NCBI GenBank assembly: GCA_963702895.1
Contig: OY969767.1
Span: 32,001 to 96,000 of the forward strand
Direction: 5' to 3'
DNA from: an uncultured Elusimicrobia bacterium
GTDB lineage: Bacteria > Elusimicrobiota > Elusimicrobia > 2-01-FULL-59-12
DNA: 64,000 bases
Shown one piece after another: positions 29,601 through 38,600 of the stretch (the stretch's first letter is position 1; every line of letters starts with the position of its first letter). The position numbers and the translations under genes are program-made. The notes under the pieces are model-generated. The model was given only the letters and a program-made list of their open reading frames with translations. It did not search any database and was not told where the DNA came from.

Positions 29601-32600
29601 TCATAGAAAATTCTGTTGGTGACCGACACCGTGTTGCCTGCGCTGTCGGTTGCCTTGACCGTGATGTCATAGCGGCGATCGTTGAGGAAAAAGAGGTCCG
29701 CGTTGTCGTAAGTCCAATTCGCGGCGGTTCCTTGAGCGGGGAGATAGAAAGGACCGCCGGCGGTATAGGTGGAGCCGTTGAAATAAAGAGGCCCCCCATC
29801 GACGTTCGTGATGCTGAGGGTGACGGTGGACACGCCCGTGGGATTGGAGCCGGGATCGGAGGAGGTGCCGGCGAAAGGCGTCGAGACCAGGACCTGGGAG
29901 TAGAACCCATTGTTGGCGGGTTTCGTGATGGCGACCGAGGGCGCCTGGGTGTCGTAGGTGAAGGTGGTGATTTGTGTGGCGAAGGAGTTGCCGGCCAGAT
30001 CGGCGAACTGGGCGCGGAGGTAATAGATGTTGCCGGAGACCAGCGCCGCGCCTGGAATGGTGTAGTACCAGTTGGCGGCAGTGGTGGTGGTGATCCAGGT
30101 CTGGGAGGCCGGGGCTGTCCAGGTGGAGCCGGACCAGTAGGATTTTGAGCCGCCCAAGCCCGTGGAGATTTCGACCTGGGTGAGGGTGATGCCCGAGAGA
30201 TCATCGGAGGAGGGTCCGAACATGCCAATGGTGGCGCTGGAGATATTGGCGTTGGCATGGGGGTAGGTGATGGCGCCCGCGGGAACAATATCATCGATCT
30301 TAAAGGTCATGACATCGGTGCCGGCCGTGGTCGGGACGTTGATGTTTCCTGTGCCGGTGCCATCGGCGCTCGTCGAGTCGTCTTCGGCGCGGGCTTCCAT
30401 GGTGATCGAGTAGCTTTGGCCCGCGCTGGGCCAGGCGATGGAGAGGCCGTAGGTCCAGGCGCCGGCGGTGGCGGTGTTTTGCCAGGCGGTGTCGGCGGTG
30501 ACGGTGAAGGAGGAGAAGGCGGCGCCGGTCCAGTAGTAGGTGTCATTCGCCAGGAGATAAGAGAGCCGCAATCCCACGTTCTTGACGCCGGCGGCCAGAG
30601 GTCCCGTATCGGAGGAGCTTCCGGACAAGAGCGAAGCCGGTTGGCCGATGTTGGCGCGCTTGAAGGAGAGGTTGTTGGAGGCCGGCACGGTGATGGAGGC
30701 TGAAGGCTCTGTGTCGTCATAGGTCAGGGTCATGGAGGAACCGGGCGAAGCAAAGGTGGATTGGGTGAGGCCTGAGGGCGCGGTGGCCGAAGCCACAAAG
30801 ACGTATTGGGCATGGTCCGTCAGGGCCGCGGCGAGATTAACAGTGTAGGTGGAGACCCACGTCAGGCTGCCGGAGGCGCCGATGAACCAGGGGTTGGCCT
30901 GGTTCTTGGTGAAGTTGGTGCCGTCAAACCAGAGGCTGGGGGATCCGATCTTCTTAACGGCGAAGGCGACGCTTCGGATGCCGACGTCGCCGGAAGCGGT
31001 GCCGGTGATCTGAGGGAGCTGGTTGAAGGTCAGATTGGCCGGCAGGGACGCATACGTGGGAACAGTCATCACGGCGGTGGGTGCGGCGGTGTCATAGATG
31101 ACGGTGATGCCGGCGCCGGCGGGGATATTGGCGGCGGAGAGACCGAATTCGGTATTGCCGGCGATATCGGTGGATCGGCAGATGATGAAGTAGGTGGAGC
31201 CGCTGGTGAGAGCGGCCTGCAGGGCCACGGGCAGGTTGTAGGACCAGGTGCCGGAGGAAGCCCCTATATAGGTAGCGGTGGAGTAAGCGGGGTTGGCGGC
31301 GACGAAGGAAGCGCCGTTCCACCAGGATCCGCCGACAAGCTGTACGGCGACGGAAACGCTCGAACTATAGATGCCGGAAGGATAGGTGGGTGAACCGATC
31401 TGGTCACTCGCGCGGCCTGTGACTTGAGTCCAAGAGGTGATGTAGCCGGCGGCCGGGGAGGTGATGGCGGAGGTCGGCTTCTGGACGTCATAGACGAAGT
31501 TGAGAGCGGCGTTATTCGAATTCTGGGCGTTATCGGTGGCGGTGACCGAGAGTTGATAGAGGTGGTCGTTGGTAAAGCTGATGCCGGGTCGGTCAAAGGA
31601 CCAGGCGGCGGGTGATCCTCCGGCGGGTGAGGAGGTGTAGAGGTTAAAGGCGCCGGTGACGTCCTGCAGAGTGAGTGTGACAGTGGAAACCCCGGTGGGG
31701 TTGGAACCTGGATCGGTGGCGGTGCCGGCGAAGGGTGTGGATAAGAGGATTTGGGAATAGAAGCCATTATTGGTCGGCTGGGTAATCGAGACGGTCGGCA
31801 CCTGGGTGTCGTAGGTGAAGGTGGTGACCTGGGTGGCAAAGGCGTTGCCGGCGACGTCGGTGAAGGAGGCGCGCAGGTAATAGATATTGCCGGACGTGAG
31901 CGCGGCGCCTGGGATGGTGTAGTACCAGTTGGCGGCGGTGGTGGTGGTGATCCAGGTCTGGGAAGCCGGAGCGGTCCAGGTGGAGCCGGACCAGTAGGAC
32001 TTGGAGCCGCCGAGGCCTGTAGAGATCTCGACCTGGATGGTGTTCAGGCCCGCGAGGTCATCGGAGGAGGTGCCGAACATGCCGATGGTGGCGCTGGAGA
32101 TGGTGGCGTTGGCATGGGGATAGGTGATGGCGCCGGCGGGGGCGACAAAGTCAACATTAAAGGATACGCTGATCGGCGTACTTTGATTGCCCCCCCCTGT
32201 CCCATCACCCAGGGACGCCTTGTCTATCCCCCGGGCCTTGAGCGTCATCACGTGACTCGCATCGGTTGGCCAGACGATATCTTTCACATAAAGCCATCCC
32301 GTGCCGGCGTTGAACCATGAGTTCGTATCCGTGACCGTGAACGAGGAGAACTGGTCCGCGTTCCCATCCCAGTAGTAGGTATCCGGCACAAGAAGATAGG
32401 AAATCTGTATTTGTGTCTGATTGACACCCGATGCCAAGGCGCCCGGATCGGAGACCGTGCCCGTGAACCGGCTTGTCGTGCCCGATTTCCCGATGTTGTC
32501 CGGCATATACGAGTTGCCCATGGTCGGCGGAGCGGTGATGGTGACCGCGGGCACCGCTTTATCGATGACGATCGTGAGCGAAGACGTTCCCACGACAAAG

Positions 32601-35600
32601 TTGTCCTGCGCGTTGCCCGCCACATCGATGGCCTGACTGACGATCGTGTAGCGCCTGTTATTCTGAAACTTGGAATCCAGGTTCGCCGGCGCGTACATCC
32701 AGGAGGTGGCGTCAGGCGAGAGCCATGTCGCCAGCAAAAAGTGCGGCGTGCTTTGGGTGACATTGAAGCCGGAACCGTCAAACCAGGCGGTGTCGGTCGG
32801 GCTGTAAATGGCGATCTTCGCCTGACTGTTCGTCAGGCCATCGGCGGCGGTTCCTGAAAGCGACGGCAAACTGCGGATCGCTGTAAGACCGCTGGCGGGC
32901 ACGACGATCGTGGAGGTCGGGAAAGCGATATCGTAGGTGAAACCGCCATGGGCAATGTCGACATAATTGCCCGCCTTGTCCGTGACCAGTTCATGAACGA
33001 CATACGAGCGGCCATGTTCCCATGTCCCCGTCCCCGTGTTGATCTGGAAGTAGGTGGTGGTGTAGCTCCAAACCCCTGCGTTGAGGCTGGCGGTGAGATC
33101 GGTCGCCGCGCCCGCGGCGACGGTGAACGTCGAAGCTTGCCAGTTCCAGAACTTCGTTGGATCTTCGCTCCGGGCGACGCGGAAAACAACGGTCTGGACC
33201 TGTCCGGGAGAGGTGTCCGAAGCGGTCCCGGTCAGCGTCGGCAGACTGTTGATTGAGGCGCGGGCATCCGGAAGCGTAACGGTCCCGCCGGGGGCCGTAT
33301 TGTCCACGACAAACGTCGCGGTTTGACCGGGAGACTCCAGCAGGCTCGCGTTGCCGTTATAACTGTAGGACGTGACGCGGTACAGATGATTGGTGGTCCA
33401 TTTTCCAATGGGGATTTCGGTGAATTGCCAGCTGGCGGACAGGAAGCTGCCGGTAAACGAGTTGACGAATCGGGTGCCGTTGAAGGTATCGGTGGATACA
33501 AAATCGGATCCATTCCACGCTTGATCGTCATTGCCCGCGCCGCACGTGAGATCCACGCCGCAGTCGATGACCTGGACGTACACGGTGGTGCTGTTGATGG
33601 CGGTTCCCTGGAGGATCACGGAACCGGGCTTCCAATGGGGCACGGTTCCGTCCGGAGACGTCAGGGTGCTGGCGGGCGAAGGGGCCTGCATGACAATTTG
33701 TATGTATGGACTTCCCAGGGCGGTCGCTCCGGGCTTGGTGGTTTCATTGCCCGCCGCGTCCACTCCCTTGACAAACATCTGATAGGTGATCCCGCCGAGG
33801 CTCGTCACCCAGGTCGGGACATTTCTTTCACTGTAGAGCGCTCCCCAGGTCCCCGCGCCGGCATTGAAGGTCGTGGTGGAGAATTCTTCGGTGACGGCGC
33901 TGAACGAGTCCGTGGCTTGGTGCCACCAGCGGTTCGTATCCACGCGGTAATAAGAGACTTTGACTTCACTGAGCGTGCCGGGGGCGGGATCGCTAACGGT
34001 CCCTGTGACCGAGCTGATGTTGACGGCTGTCGGGGTGGCGTTGGGCCATGAAATGGTTGATGACGGAGCGATAAAGTCGGCCGTAAACGAAACGGTGGCA
34101 AACGAGACGCCGGTATTGCCTGCTTTGTCGAGGATGGAAGCTTCGGCGCTGAAGGCGGCGTTGGTCACCCAGGCATTGTCGGTGAGGACCCAGGCGGTGG
34201 TGTCCGGGGAGAGCCATGTGTTGAGCCAGGTATTGCTTTGGGTCGTCCAGGACGAGCCGGTCCAGAAGTAATTGTAAGCGTTCGTGCTGATTCGGACGCG
34301 GACCTGGTTGACTTTTCCCGGCGATGAGTCAAGACACGTTCCTTGAACGAGGCCCGTTTGCGAGATGTATCCGCTGTTGGTCGGGTACGAAATCGTGACG
34401 GTTGGTTTATTGACGTCATAAACGAAAGTATAGGTGGTTAAATGGACTTCGAGATTGCCAGGTGCGTCCTGCGCTCTGGGTGTGACGGCATACGTCAGAT
34501 TGGGGGTCCAATCGACCGCGGCCAGGCTGTAGCTCCATCCGGACGACATGCCCGTCGCGCTGACCGATGGAAGGTTGGTCAGCGCGGGGCCCCCGCCCGG
34601 CTCCTCGACCCAGGCGCCCGTTTTGTCCCAATAGTTAGTGGTCGCGCCCGCGAACTGGCGGAAAAGGACATAGACGGACTGAAGCTGAACGTTATCCCGG
34701 GCCGTTCCATCCAGAACGGAGGGAGGGACGGCATAGTGCGTGTCGTCGGCCGGGGGTGTTGTAATGTCATCGACATCCGGTCGTTCCGTCGGAAGGGGAT
34801 TATAAATATCGTAGGTGACAATTTTGTAGTTCGGGAACGACGTCTGGACATTCGGGCTGGGGGTGGCCTCGTCCACGGTCCGTGAATAAATGTAATACGT
34901 GCTGCCCGAGGTCAAGGCGGGCATGGGGTAAGACCATGTACCGCTGGAGCTCGATGGGCCATAGGCCGTGTAGACACTGTTGAGCCAGTAGGCGTCGCCT
35001 GTCAAATTTCCGCCCGGCCAGGATCCGCCCCCCGCGTACGTTTCCGTTAACTGGCTGTTGAACAGGCGGATCTGGAGGTTGGCGACGCGTCCGCCCGGCG
35101 CGTTCGCCGATACGGCTGTCGGAAGGTCGCCGGCCGTGCCCGTCACCGTGGCGAGCGTGTTGACGATGGAGTTCATGACGACATTGGTGATGTCGCTGAC
35201 GCCTTTGGTCTGATCAACCACAAAGGTGGCGGAGCTTAACAACACGACGGTTTGACCCTTCTCCCAGTTGGTCGCGGCATCTTGCGACTTCACGAACGCG
35301 GCGATCCTATGCCCTTCGCGATTGGTCGGGGCTGTCCACATGGTTCCCGGGACCGTCAAGGACCAGGTGTAGGTGTTGCTGTTGCCGGATGTCCCGGAGG
35401 GGGTTAACGTGCCCGCGGGAGTGTAGCGATTCTGTTCCGGCGTCGCGTCCCCGCTGGTCAGCCATTGGCTGCCGATGGAGTCCCACCAATCTCCATTCGA
35501 CAAGTCCACAATCTTGACGCGGACGTCCGAAACCTGGCCCGGGATGGTGTCCAGCGCCCCTCCCGAGATCGAGGTGAGCGAGGTGTAATATTGCCCGTTG

Positions 35601-38600
35601 GTGATGCTCGTAATCGAGGAGGTAGGCTGTGAGACATCGTAAGTGAAAGCCGCGTTGATGCTGCTTATTTCGTCGGCAATCGGCGTGATATTGCCGAGGC
35701 TGTCTGTTCCTCGGCCGGTGGCCCGGTAGTATTGGCCGTCGCTCCAGATGGAGTCGGGGTTGTCGTAAGTCCAGTTGCCGCCGGCGCACGTTCCGTTACA
35801 AGCCATGGACCAGGTACTGGAGGCCACCCAGCTGTTTGTAAAGCCGCTCCACCAATATAACGGAGAGGATCCGTTGTTGGCGGCACTTGAGACTCGAAGT
35901 TCAACCCAAGCGACCGTCGCCTGGTGTGCCAGCGGATAGTCCTGGTAGTTTCCTGTGATTTCGGTGACGCTGTTGCGGTATCCCGAAGCCGGCTGGACGT
36001 TGGAAATGACAACAGCTTCGGTGTCAAGATAAACGATATGTGATGACACGCCAACACTGAAATCCCCTTGCGCATTGCCTGCAGTGTCTTGTGCCCGCGA
36101 AACCACCAGGATCGTATCGCCGCTTCTGACATTTTGGCCGACATTGGGAATCGACCCAGCCGGCATAGTCACTGTCCAGGAGCTGGCCCAAAGGTTGGCT
36201 TGAGGCCAACCGGAGGCGGCGGGAGCGGGTCCCGGCTGCCACTGCGTTCCATCCCAATATTTATTGACCGTGAGATCGTGCACCAAATAGCGGACGCTAT
36301 TCACTCCTGAGTCGCGGTCAAAGTGATTGCCGTGCAAGAATGGATCGGCAGCGATGTTACCTCCGTCTTGTATGGAGATAACGCTCGCTGTGGGATAAAG
36401 AACGTCCCACCAGTAAGTGATGCTGCTGGAGGTCACCTGCCAATCTTGTTCGTTTGAGGATACCGCGTCCGTACCATCGCGCGAGCGGTCGCGCGCGGTG
36501 ACGATGATCGTGAAAGACGATCCGCTGATGGACATGGATGAAAAATCAACCCCGAGATTGTAGGCGTCATCATCCCACTCCAGATCATTAAAAGGAAGGT
36601 TCCAGCTTTGGGATTGTGTTTCTGAAGGATCGGCGAAGGTGACGTTGTTGTCGCGGTCATCTCGGGCGTTAACGCCTTGCCCCGCTGCAGGCTCCCAGCC
36701 GGCAACGGTCCAATACGAATTGTCAATGTTGCGCTTAATGCGAACACGAACGCCCTCCAGATATTGCCGCGACTGATCGCTGGCTGTTCCCGTGATGGAG
36801 GTGAACGGGGACTTTCGCCAGGAGCCATGTCCCGGGGAAGTCACGGCCGATACCGGACTCGAGTTGTCCACCACATAATTCCGGGAGGCGGCCACTGGCA
36901 TGAGCTGCGTGTTTCCCGCCGCATCTTCGGCGACCGCTTCAATGGTGAATTGCTGGTTGTTGTAGACATTGGTCGTGAACGTGATGTTCCAGGCATTTGT
37001 CCCTGTGGCCGGGAAATACCGCCGGGTGGTGTTGGGGAATGACGGGTTGCTTGTATTGCCGTCCCAATATTCGCCGTTGCTGTTCACGATGCCGACCGAT
37101 GTGACACGAATCACAAACGCGTCCTGCGCGGTGCCTGCGATCTGTGTAAAAGGTTTGTACGTGCCCAGCTCCGTCCCCGGGAACGTGATGGTCGCGGTCG
37201 GAGACGTCATATCGACAACAAAGGCATTGGTGGAACCGCTCACCATCCAGTTGCCGGCGCGGTCTTGAACCTGCACTCCAACGTAATAGGTTGTTTGATC
37301 CGTCCATGCGGAAGCCGAAATGGTGGATTGCCATACACCTCCTGACCAGGAACTGGTTGCCAGATAAACGATACTACCCCCCCAGCCGGCCGCATTCTGG
37401 TTCCAGTATTGGCCGTCTTCTCTCTGTAAATTGATCGAGATCCGACCGACGGCTCCGGGTGAGGTATCCGCGGCCGTCCCTATGAGCGTCCCGAGCGATC
37501 CGGCACGGTAATAGCCCGATGTGCCGCTTAAGTTGGCGGGATGTGTTACAGCAGCTGTGCCCGGGGTGGTATCAAAGATGATCGTTGCGTTTGTTGTAGG
37601 GTTTTGCGTGTTACGGGCATTGTCGATAGCACGCACCCGGATGGTGTACTGACGGCTATTGGTCCATAGGGCTCCTAAGCTGCCTAAAGACCATGCTGTT
37701 GTTCCAGAGGCATCGTTCCATGCGGCCGTGCTCGAAATGTTTGTCCATCCGCTTCCCACGATGTAGTAGGTGCTGGCGAAAGATAAATCTTGAATCAGGA
37801 CTTGAACCTTGCGGATACCGGAAGAATTGTTCCCGCCGCCATCACTGGCTGTGCCACTGATTGTTGAAAGAGCGTTATAGTGTTGCCCATCCAGAGGAAC
37901 CGATAAAACCGATGTCGGTGGGCTATAATCCTGGGTGTAGCACAACCAGTAGGAATCAAAGTTGGCTACTTGACCCTCACCGCGGTATCCGCTGAAGAGT
38001 GTCGGAGAAAAAAGATCGGGGAACGTCAGACCATAGAGCGCTCCGGTTTTATGGTAAATGCGCAATTTGGGTTCAGCGTTCGTCACAACCGCAAACATTT
38101 CATCATTGCCAGGGTTGTTCGGTTCACTGAAAAGCTCAATATTACGAATGGCCGCCGCCGTCACGTCGCTGGCGCGCTCCACTGCATCGAGCAGCACCCC
38201 ATTCCAAGCCCGGTGTCTTAGGTTGACATTCCCATCGGCATAGGCCAGAACAAGTTCAGCACCCGAACGCTGCCATGCGATATCAAAGGGTCGATATTGA
38301 GTAGCGCCTCCGGTCATATTGATTTCAACGTTCTGCTGAGTGCTGCCCCAGCTTCTTGTGGTTGCATTCCAAATGGATAATGTCAGGTCATTATCTGTAT
38401 CCATAAGAGCCAGACCAATCTGGTTTGAATTAGATGTTCCTCGGTTCGTAGCCAGTCTCATCCAGCGCACGACCGGCGCGGCCGGGAGCGCGGCGCCCGC
38501 ATCAAAGTCAAACCCCCCCAGCGCCGTGCCCCACAGTTGGCTTGTGCTGAACCAGACGGTATAGCTCCAGTCCTCTGCGGCGGCGGCATTCGCATAGACA

